A stretch of DNA of 20,000 nucleotides from an uncultured virus (IMG/VR IMGVR_UViG_3300043466_003414) (lineage: Duplodnaviria; Heunggongvirae; Uroviricota; Caudoviricetes). A model generated the notes under the pieces. It was not told the origin of the DNA. It ran no database searches and saw nothing but the letters and a program-made list of their open reading frames with translations. Positions 1 through 7,528 of this stretch are shown piece by piece. The stretch lies in the IMG/VR virus record IMGVR_UViG_3300043466_003414; one strand, given 5' to 3'. The position numbers and the translations under genes were made by a program. Position 1 is the first letter of the stretch, and every line of letters begins with the position of its first letter.

Positions 1-68
1 CCTTCCCTTATAAATTCATAAGGGTCAAGTCCAAATTTTATATAATTTTTTAAATAACTAAAAGCCAT
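1..68 (-). CDS. 5' part of a gene running off the window (MAFSYLKNYIKFGLDPYEFIRE...), translationally coupled to the AAA ATPase; product unknown, possibly a vWA partner
   Basis: ATG at 68-66 overlaps the ATPase stop (TAATG); the frame is open to the window edge. Confidence 0.7.
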   Translation of the reverse strand, partial: MAFSYLKNYIKFGLDPYEFIRE

Positions 69-1435
69 TATTTGATTTTGTCTTTAGTAGTTTGCTCAAA
101 TTGTTTAATTAGCATTTCTGCTTCTTTTTTATCAGTATCAGTCGTTAAATCTGCAAGCGATAATTTGTTTTTTTGGTCGATTAAATCGTAAAATTCATTA
201 GTATTTACTTCTGAATTTAAAACTGAACGTTGTTGCTCGGTAAATAAATCTAAAAATGTTTTTACAGCAATTTGTAAAGTTTTAGGTTGAGAAATTTTGT
301 TAGAACCTTGCATTTCGTTTAATCTATAAGCAATATATGTATCACGCATAGAAACCATTAACCTTTGAGAAACAAATGCTCTACCGCTATAATTATTTTT
401 TTCAATAGCTGTTCTTAACTTGAATAAAAAGTTAAATATAAATGTAAAAGAAGTTATTTCATCTCCTACTTTTATGTTAGACATGATATTGTCTAATTCG
501 TATTGTGGGTCGATAATTAACTCGTATGTACTACCAGCAAATCGGTCTTGCAAAGACAAATCTTGCTTGAAGTTAGCTTCATAGTTTACATCAGCTTCAT
601 TCAACAAAGAGTTACCAGTTGCTATAACAAATATGTTTTTCTTTGAAATAACTTGACCTCTACCATTTGTAATTGTAGGCATTATTTCTCTACCACTTTC
701 ACTTCTTTCAATTGGGTCTTTTATTTTTGACAAACCATCATTTAAAACCCCTGCTGTATTTGGGTCTAACTTTGGCAACTCATCTAGCAACAATAAAGCA
801 CCAGAATAAGGTTTTCCAGTATTTGCATTTATTTCATTAGCATCCCATAAATTACCAAAAGCATAAGTTAATCTACCCTCTTGATAACCCTCAATTGTTT
901 GTCCACCGACAATATCTAATGGAGAAGTAAATTGGTTACAATTCAAAGTAACTAATTTATAGTTCAAAGCTTTTGCTATTTGACCAGCTATAAAGGTTTT
1001 TCCAGTACCAGCACCACCATATAAATAAACATTGTTACCAGCTTCAAAGTCAGATAAAACTATGTCAAAAATCTTTCTTTTTTTACCATCAGAAGTTTTA
1101 ACTTTTACATTTTGCCAGTTTACGATTTGAACAGTTTGTGTTTTTCCAATTAAGTCTAAAATACTTGAATCCAAGTTCTTTTTACCTATTTTAAGGGTCT
1201 TAAACCTATCAGTAAGTATTTCTTCTACTTTTTGTTTATCAACTCCAGCATTTGCAAGTTTTTCAATTGATTTGTTAAACTCTTTTACCGCAAACAATAT
1301 ATCATTATCTACACCTTGACTTTCATCTTCGGTTTCAAGTGCTAATATTTTGTCAAGTTGCATTTGTGCATCTGCTTTTATATCCGCTTCAATGTTCGGA
1401 TTATTAATAATTTCTAATAATTGTTCTTTTTTCAT
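68..1435 (-). CDS. MoxR/CobS-like AAA+ ATPase with N-terminal helical extension
   Basis: Walker A GGAGTGKT, Walker B LLLLDE, sensor-1 IATGN, DLSLQDRF arginine-finger motif, VSQR sensor-2-like motif. Confidence 0.88.
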   Translation of the reverse strand: MKKEQLLEIINNPNIEADIKADAQMQLDKILALETEDESQGVDNDILFAVKEFNKSIEKLANAGVDKQKVEEILTDRFKTLKIGKKNLDSSILDLIGKTQTVQIVNWQNVKVKTSDGKKRKIFDIVLSDFEAGNNVYLYGGAGTGKTFIAGQIAKALNYKLVTLNCNQFTSPLDIVGGQTIEGYQEGRLTYAFGNLWDANEINANTGKPYSGALLLLDELPKLDPNTAGVLNDGLSKIKDPIERSESGREIMPTITNGRGQVISKKNIFVIATGNSLLNEADVNYEANFKQDLSLQDRFAGSTYELIIDPQYELDNIMSNIKVGDEITSFTFIFNFLFKLRTAIEKNNYSGRAFVSQRLMVSMRDTYIAYRLNEMQGSNKISQPKTLQIAVKTFLDLFTEQQRSVLNSEVNTNEFYDLIDQKNKLSLADLTTDTDKKEAEMLIKQFEQTTKDKIK

Positions 1436-1436
1436 T

Positions 1437-2438
1437 TTATATGTTTTGTAATTCAGTTATTAAGTTTGTAGCTAATATGCTTTTTTTATCGTTTAATGAA
1501 ACTTCTTTTTCAATTCCTATTCTATCGGACAAATCTTCAATTTCGTTTTTACCTAGTAAAAACACAAAATCACGCACAAAGTCTGGAGTTGGAAATCTTC
1601 TTTTTAATTCTAAATCATCTACTTTTAATTTTTCTTTTAAAGCACTTACGACTGGCTTGTACTCTTTCTCTGCAAATTCATTTTGCATATTGTCTAAAAA
1701 CCCCATGTCGTTTTGCTCTGGTTGTTTTTCTTTGTCTATTTCATCTTTTAATCCCTTATCATTTCGATTTTTAGTAAAGTCATTATCAACTTTGCCTTCT
1801 TCTACTTTTTTTAAGAAATCTTCTAAATCAATAGCTTCGTCATTAGATTGACCTTTCGTGTCTTTGTTGTCAATTTGGTTATCTAGTTGGTCGATAAAAT
1901 CTTGAATATCTTTTGAACTCATTTTTCCTTCTGCACCTTGACCTTCGCCACCTTGCTCATCGCCACCTTGCTTATCGCCACCTTGTTCATCTCCACCCTC
2001 TTGACCTTCGCCACCTTGCTCATCTCCACCTTGTTCCTCTTTAGCTTTTTCTTCTTCTTCTTTAGCTTTTTCTTTTTCTTTTTCAAGCTCCTCTTTTAAA
2101 GTTTCAAGCAACAATTCGTTGAATTTTTTTGCTAATTCTTCGTAATGAAAATTGAATTTATTTACAGCATCCGAAAGACCTACATTTTTATAATCTTGAG
2201 CTATGTTTGTAAAATCTTCTCCGTTTTCGTAATTATAAACCCTACCCATGATTACATATCTTTCACTATTTTTAGCATAAAATAAAGCAATAGTGAATTT
2301 TAAATTAACTTCTTCTTTTAAGTCGGTAATTTTAATAGTATCTCCACCCTCGTTTAAATCAAATGAAGAATAGTTAAAGTTTTTATCTGGAAACAAAGGC
2401 AATAACCTTAATTCTTTTATTTTTTTTTCTATGTCCAT
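1437..2438 (-). CDS. Hypothetical acidic protein with coiled coil and GGDEQ low-complexity repeat
   Basis: Long ORF in the operon; ATG at 2438 (MDIEKK) lies just after the upstream stop and is preferred over the TTG at 2465. Confidence 0.8.
   Translation of the reverse strand: MDIEKKIKELRLLPLFPDKNFNYSSFDLNEGGDTIKITDLKEEVNLKFTIALFYAKNSERYVIMGRVYNYENGEDFTNIAQDYKNVGLSDAVNKFNFHYEELAKKFNELLLETLKEELEKEKEKAKEEEEKAKEEQGGDEQGGEGQEGGDEQGGDKQGGDEQGGEGQGAEGKMSSKDIQDFIDQLDNQIDNKDTKGQSNDEAIDLEDFLKKVEEGKVDNDFTKNRNDKGLKDEIDKEKQPEQNDMGFLDNMQNEFAEKEYKPVVSALKEKLKVDDLELKRRFPTPDFVRDFVFLLGKNEIEDLSDRIGIEKEVSLNDKKSILATNLITELQNI
1935..2036 (-). repeat. Imperfect coding tandem repeat (15-bp GGDEQ units with GGEGQ variants)
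   Basis: Repeated ccaccttgctcatc / ccaccttgcttatc / ccaccttgttcatc / gaccttcgccaccttg on the + strand; protein QGGDEQGGEGQEGGDEQGGDKQGGDEQGGEGQG. Confidence 0.9.
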
Positions 2439-2442
2439 ATCT

Positions 2443-5361
2443 TTATAATTTTCCCCCTTGTTCAAATCTTGAATCGGTAATCAAAGCATTAAACTCTGTT
2501 GCTGTTGTAAACTTAATTTGGTTACTATCAAAAGCACAAAACGACAATGAAGCACCATCTAACCCAGTACCTACTTTATCTGGATGGTATTCGTAAAAAA
2601 TATAGCCATCATAAGTAGTTGCCATTTTAACATACTCGGTAAAGCTTTGCCAATTTCTAATAATCATCCACGAATAAACCAATGTGTCTTGAGCCAAGTT
2701 GTTAAACAATCTAAAATTAGTCCAAAAGTCAAAATCCCCTATATTATAGTTTATTTGTAAAAACATAAGAAAATCGCTTACTGGTCTTTTTTCAACTCCA
2801 AATCTTGAGAAGTCAATTGGATTTTTTATATCCAAGAAGCATCTATAAAGATATTCGCCTTTATTTGGGTTTAAAGCTTTTAAAAGGTTTGAATCTTTTG
2901 CCGAAACATCTCCTCTCCCTTTTGACCATTGCTCTGCAAACCATTGAGAGAAATCTCTATTTTTTGCAAAATAATGTGCATTGTTTGTTTTATATGTTTT
3001 CCATTCAGTAAACAATACGTTAGTACCATGATAAACTGGCATAGGTTCTTTTGTTTCTGGGTCAATAACTTTTGAAACACCACTAAAGTCGCCAATTTCA
3101 TTAGCCAATCTCCAATCTCCAAAAAACGAACTAAAATATGGACTTCTTACATTTACCCATTCTTCATCGGTTAATTTTGTCGGCAAACCATTTGGAGCTA
3201 ACAAATCTTTTGATGGAGTAAACTCGGCATTTATATTGCCCCATTTCAAAGCATAAGCACTTTCTAACCTATCTTTTAGTGGTAAAAACTCTAATTCTTT
3301 TTCATTGGCTATTCTTAATTTTTCAATTAAGTTATTAATATCCCTTTGGTAAAAACCTATTTCTTCATTTGAAAGTCTTGGTTTTTTAAAATTCAACTCT
3401 TTTGTTAAATCGGCAATTCTTAAAGTCAAATATTTTTTAGTTGCTTCAAAATCAATTCTTACTTCTTCTTTTATTGGCTTTGGTTGTGGTGCTGGAGAAG
3501 GTTCTTGATTAAAAAAATCAGTTAATTCTTTAACAGACATTTTTTCTGGAACATTCTCTTTCCCACGAAATAATGCAGATAAATCAACATTAGGGAAATA
3601 GTTAACAAAAAACCTATCAAGAATACCTAAAGGAACTTCGTTTATGTTGAAGTGTCTTATATCTTCATTTTCTTTTTGCAGATAAAAAGAATCATTAGCT
3701 ATGTAAGTTCCTCCTATTCTCTCTAAATCTATTGTAACTTTAACATCTCTATCTGAAAAAACTTTTAAATATTCAAAAAAAGCAGAAACATAAAAAAAAG
3801 AATCCTCTGCTATTAAATTATTGTTTTCTACAATTGAAAATCTAATACGAATAGCTTTTTCTTTTGTTGGCTCTGGTTGTGGTTGAGGTTTTGGTGTTGC
3901 TTTACCTCCTAACCAATTAGTGAAATCTAAATTATTTCTTCTAATAGTAGAACCATATCTTCTTTCTAATTGTTTGTAGAAATCAGAACTTTTACCAGTC
4001 AAAGGATTAAAATTCAAAACAGTATTCTTGGTATTTTTAAATTGAATAGCTAATCTTGTTGGTGTTATTTTTTCTCCATTTTTTAAAACATAAAAATAGA
4101 AATAACCGCCAAATTTATTTTTGTCAATAAATACACTTTGTAAATCAGAAAGAAATTCTTTGTAAGAATTATATTCTGTTTTAGGCATACTGCCAGAATA
4201 AGTTGCACTTGAGCTGTCTAATCTTATAGCATCTACTTGATTAGTAGTTGCACCGCCATCGTCAAATTTTTCTACCGCTTCGTCTAAAAAGTCTAAATTG
4301 CCACCATCGGCATACAAACCAGTTTCAGCACCAACTTGACCATCAACACCTACATCCATTAAATCATTATAATTATTCAAATCTCTTGATGGATGGTCGC
4401 CTTTTTTAGATTCTTTTGATAAATCTAAATTGCCCCCTCTTTTTAATCCTACTTTTTTCAAAATAGTATAGTAATTTGGATTTTCGTACAAATGGTCTTT
4501 TACGATTTTCATTTGTTCTCTTTTTGATGAGGTATGTTCGATTTCAGCTTTTAATCCTAATTTAACTTGATTATTAATTTCAGACAAAGTTACATTATGC
4601 TTATCAGCAATTTGTTTTAATGTCATTCCTTTAGATAAATGACCACCAGTATTCATTTTCAATTCATTTGAATCTACTTTTGATGCTTTACCGCCCATTA
4701 CTGCACTATAAACCCTTGCCATTGCCCATTGTTCTTTTGACTTAACGTTTGGTCTTACACTTTCTGGATTTGTTTTATATGCACCTATACCTTTATTGTA
4801 AATTTGTTGCAATCCTTTTATAGAAATTCCAGTATCTTTTGAAATTTGTTCTAAATCATGCGAAGTACCTTTAGGGTATTTGAATTTTTTGTTATATTTA
4901 TCTTTATAAGTTACTACGCCACCTTTTTTATATTCACGCTCACTACCACAATCGTTCATGCTTTGCATAATTTCATAATCGGTCATGGTTTTACCACCAT
5001 AATTGTAGGAGCTACCATTGAAATAAATTTCTCCACCATTCTCTAATGAAACACCACCCCCTTTTTCGTTGATTTTAGACAATATTTCTCTATTGGTAAG
5101 CATTTGTCCTTCAAACTCTCTTTTTGTTTGGTCTGCAACGGCTGGTGCGGTAATAATTACTTCTCCACCTTGAACCTCAATTGGTTGTCCAGTAGATTTA
5201 TTAATACCTTTTATTCCGCCCTCTTTATGTAATTTGCCTACAAAGTAGCCACCTTGAGTTCCTTTATCGTGAATTATTGTTTGACCTTCTCTTTTACCAA
5301 CTAAAACTCCCCCTGCTGGAGATTTTTTAGCTTTTTGTTCAGTCATTATATCTTTTTTCAT
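2443..5361 (-). CDS. Large polyvalent protein: N-terminal GxxHxxGGI..EVxGGE module, DUF5824-like, DUF5661-like, two unknown domains, C-terminal ART-PolyVal-like ADP-ribosyltransferase
   Basis: C-terminal LAPNG..VRSPYFSSFFGDW..SKVID..EPMPVYHGT..HYF..FLDIKNP..YDGYIF..FDSNQIK matches the ART-PolyVal pattern; SKDTGIS..LQQIYNKGIGAY..QWAMARVYS resembles DUF5824; LGLKAEIEHT..IVKDHLYENPNYYT resembles DUF5661. Confidence 0.75.
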   Translation of the reverse strand: MKKDIMTEQKAKKSPAGGVLVGKREGQTIIHDKGTQGGYFVGKLHKEGGIKGINKSTGQPIEVQGGEVIITAPAVADQTKREFEGQMLTNREILSKINEKGGGVSLENGGEIYFNGSSYNYGGKTMTDYEIMQSMNDCGSEREYKKGGVVTYKDKYNKKFKYPKGTSHDLEQISKDTGISIKGLQQIYNKGIGAYKTNPESVRPNVKSKEQWAMARVYSAVMGGKASKVDSNELKMNTGGHLSKGMTLKQIADKHNVTLSEINNQVKLGLKAEIEHTSSKREQMKIVKDHLYENPNYYTILKKVGLKRGGNLDLSKESKKGDHPSRDLNNYNDLMDVGVDGQVGAETGLYADGGNLDFLDEAVEKFDDGGATTNQVDAIRLDSSSATYSGSMPKTEYNSYKEFLSDLQSVFIDKNKFGGYFYFYVLKNGEKITPTRLAIQFKNTKNTVLNFNPLTGKSSDFYKQLERRYGSTIRRNNLDFTNWLGGKATPKPQPQPEPTKEKAIRIRFSIVENNNLIAEDSFFYVSAFFEYLKVFSDRDVKVTIDLERIGGTYIANDSFYLQKENEDIRHFNINEVPLGILDRFFVNYFPNVDLSALFRGKENVPEKMSVKELTDFFNQEPSPAPQPKPIKEEVRIDFEATKKYLTLRIADLTKELNFKKPRLSNEEIGFYQRDINNLIEKLRIANEKELEFLPLKDRLESAYALKWGNINAEFTPSKDLLAPNGLPTKLTDEEWVNVRSPYFSSFFGDWRLANEIGDFSGVSKVIDPETKEPMPVYHGTNVLFTEWKTYKTNNAHYFAKNRDFSQWFAEQWSKGRGDVSAKDSNLLKALNPNKGEYLYRCFLDIKNPIDFSRFGVEKRPVSDFLMFLQINYNIGDFDFWTNFRLFNNLAQDTLVYSWMIIRNWQSFTEYVKMATTYDGYIFYEYHPDKVGTGLDGASLSFCAFDSNQIKFTTATEFNALITDSRFEQGGKL

Positions 5362-5380
5362 AATTAGTTATAATAATTTT

Positions 5381-5388
5381 CAAATGTA
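5381..5388 (-). promoter_or_regulatory. Bacteroidota -7 promoter element (TACATTTG) for the polyvalent-protein operon
   Basis: caaatgta on the + strand = TAnnTTTG on the - strand, about 20 bp upstream of the ATG at 5361; no TTTG at the -33 position. Confidence 0.6.
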
Positions 5389-5473
5389 ATAAATTCTATT
5401 GAAACATAAAAATCATATTATTTATAATAAGTTTTATATTTTAAACAAAATTAGGCATTTAATATTTTTTTGC

Positions 5474-5481
5474 TACATTTG
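5474..5481 (+). promoter_or_regulatory. Bacteroidota -7 promoter element (TACATTTG) for the 38-aa peptide gene
   Basis: Exact TAnnTTTG match 36 bp upstream of the ATG at 5518, followed by an A/T-rich leader. Confidence 0.6.
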
Positions 5482-5517
5482 TTGGAATAAATATTTATTA
5501 ACTTAAAATTTTAAATC

Positions 5518-5634
5518 ATGGGTGCAGGATTTTTTGACATCAAAAGTGCTAACTGGTTAGGTGGAAATAACGTACACAATACGTTAATCATCTTGGGAGT
5601 TGGTTACTTGGTTTACAAAGCTTACAAAAAATAA
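5518..5634 (+). CDS. 38-aa small membrane protein MGAGFFDIKSANWLGGNNVHNTLIILGVGYLVYKAYKK (not in the ORF track)
   Basis: ATG..TAA in an intergenic gap; own promoter and terminator; hydrophobic segment followed by a basic tail; higher GC than its flanks. Confidence 0.8.
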   Translation: MGAGFFDIKSANWLGGNNVHNTLIILGVGYLVYKAYKK

Positions 5635-5650
5635 TTTGTAGTTTTTAGCC

Positions 5651-5684
5651 AAAAAAATACCCACCGAATTGGTGGGTTTTTTTT
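5651..5684. terminator. Bidirectional intrinsic terminator
   Basis: A7-T-ACCCACC-gaatt-GGTGGGT-T7 hairpin between convergent genes (stops at 5634 on + and 5686 on -). Confidence 0.9.
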
Positions 5685-5685
5685 A

Positions 5686-5955
5686 TTAGTTTGGATAAAT
5701 TCTTTTAATTTTCATGTTTGGATTATTTTTTTGAGTAAAAATTAACACACCATCATTTCCTTCGGTATAATAAATAATTTCAGCATCATTTTCTCCAGTA
5801 TCTATTGCTTTGCAATTGTTTAATACAATTGTTTCTTTTTGATTTTGAAAAATAGCTTCTACAAAATAAGAAAAAACTTTTCTGTCAAAACCAGATTCTT
5901 CTAATTCTTTAAAAGAAATGGTTGTTCCAGTAATTAAATCTTCATGATTTTTCAT
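5686..5955 (-). CDS. Hypothetical protein
   Basis: 89-aa ATG ORF, last gene before the terminator. Confidence 0.7.
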   Translation of the reverse strand: MKNHEDLITGTTISFKELEESGFDRKVFSYFVEAIFQNQKETIVLNNCKAIDTGENDAEIIYYTEGNDGVLIFTQKNNPNMKIKRIYPN

Positions 5956-5993
5956 AATCTTTTTAGCACTTTACCTTGCAATCGGTTTCTTGG

Positions 5994-7271
5994 TTAAATT
6001 AATTTTAAAATTATTTGTTCAAACTTTTTAGCAATATCTTTCCACTTCCACTTTGTAACGTGGTTGTATGCGTTTTCGATAATATTCTTAACTTGTTCTT
6101 GAACTTCTGATTCTTCATTTTGAATATTGTAAACAATACCGCAAACTTGAGCTACTTCCTCTGGGTTTGAAATAAATCTAATTTTCTCAAAGTCATTTAC
6201 AAAAACGGCTCTTTGCATGAACTTAAATAAGAAAGCGTTATTACCATTATCGGTAATTTCTTGTATAGAAGTATGTCTTGGTGCAACAACTAGCTTTTTA
6301 GTAGCCATTGCTTCCACAATACTTAACCCCCAACCTTCCGCTGTCGTAGTTGTAATGAAACAATCAAAAGTGTTGTAGATTTTATTTAATTCGGATTCGG
6401 AAATACCATTATTTTCGTTAAAATCTTTTGGGAAAAATATGTCAGTTCCAACATCCAAACCTAACCTTTCAGATAATCTAAAACAATCAATACCCATTTT
6501 GTCTTTTGGGTTACAATGTAAGTACAAAACGGCATTAGCTTGAGTTGTATGCTTGAACATAGCAAATCCAATCATAAGGGTTGCTAAATCCTTTCTAGCT
6601 GAATTACGATTAACGCTACCAAACACAAAAACATCATTTTTTCCGAAAAGTTGTTCTTTGGTTTTACTTACTTCAAATTTGTTGTCAATAGGGTAAAACA
6701 CTTCGGTATCTATTCCATGAGGAATAACTTTTATTTTTTTCCAGATAGATTCTGAAACAAGTGGTTTTAAAGTTGCTTTACCATACTCGGTATAAGTAAT
6801 TACTTCATCAAATAAATTTAGCACCCCACAATCGCTTGGTCTTGGCTCACTATCTATTGGAGTATATAAAATGTACTTGGTTTTCTTTTTGTTGGCTTTT
6901 GCACGTTCTTTTTTTACGTTTGCCAAATGCTCGGTCATAGAGTTAAGCACCTCAATATCGTTTAGTGCAAAAAACACATCGTAATTTTCCGCATATAGAG
7001 TTTTAAGCAACTCTAATCTCGCATAACTATCTTTGTTTTCATCGGCTACCAAACATGGAATTACAAATACATTAGGTTTGTAGTTGTATGGTTTTTCCGA
7101 TAAGTCATTAATAGCTAATACTACAATGTTGAAGTTTTTATTTTTGCTCCAGTTATCAATTAGTTGTTTCGATACGTTACCGAAACCAGTTGTGCAATTA
7201 AAATCCCCATAAAAGAGGATATTTGCAACTTTGTCTGCTTTTTTAGTCTTTTGGCTGTGTACTACTTTCAT
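5994..7271 (-). CDS. Glycosyltransferase, GT4 (GT-B fold)
   Basis: N-terminal TGFGNV, VIPHGID, NRNSARK, EGWGLSIVEAMA (E-X7-E) motif. Confidence 0.92.
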   Translation of the reverse strand: MKVVHSQKTKKADKVANILFYGDFNCTTGFGNVSKQLIDNWSKNKNFNIVVLAINDLSEKPYNYKPNVFVIPCLVADENKDSYARLELLKTLYAENYDVFFALNDIEVLNSMTEHLANVKKERAKANKKKTKYILYTPIDSEPRPSDCGVLNLFDEVITYTEYGKATLKPLVSESIWKKIKVIPHGIDTEVFYPIDNKFEVSKTKEQLFGKNDVFVFGSVNRNSARKDLATLMIGFAMFKHTTQANAVLYLHCNPKDKMGIDCFRLSERLGLDVGTDIFFPKDFNENNGISESELNKIYNTFDCFITTTTAEGWGLSIVEAMATKKLVVAPRHTSIQEITDNGNNAFLFKFMQRAVFVNDFEKIRFISNPEEVAQVCGIVYNIQNEESEVQEQVKNIIENAYNHVTKWKWKDIAKKFEQIILKLI

Positions 7272-7281
7272 TTTTAAAAAT

Positions 7282-7527
7282 TTAATATTTTTCCATTACT
7301 ACTATTCCATATATATAACTATCTCCTCCTGCTAAAGATTGAGATTTTAAAATCCATCCTTTTTTCATCATATTTCCTATAAAAGAAGATTGTTTTTCTG
7401 TTTCGTAAAAATGTTTTACAATAAAATGTTTTGGCGTAGCTGGTTTAACAGTCATTACGCTAACTGTTGTTGCGGAAGTTAGGATTATTAATGCAATTCC
7501 TAACATAAAATAAAATGCTTTTTTCAT
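7282..7527 (-). CDS. Small membrane-anchored or secreted hypothetical protein
   Basis: ATG at 7527 (MKKAFYFMLGIALIILTSA) directly after the upstream stop; N-terminal hydrophobic helix. Confidence 0.7.
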   Translation of the reverse strand: MKKAFYFMLGIALIILTSATTVSVMTVKPATPKHFIVKHFYETEKQSSFIGNMMKKGWILKSQSLAGGDSYIYGIVVMEKY

Positions 7528-7528
7528 T

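Noticed and set aside
68..1435. Naming the ATPase cobS (cobaltochelatase subunit)
   Set aside because: No cobalamin genes nearby; only family-level similarity is supported
5518..5535. MG- N-terminus as a myristoylation signal suggesting a eukaryotic virus
   Set aside because: No Ser/Thr at position 6, and promoters, operon coupling, lipoprotein and terminator all point to a bacterial host
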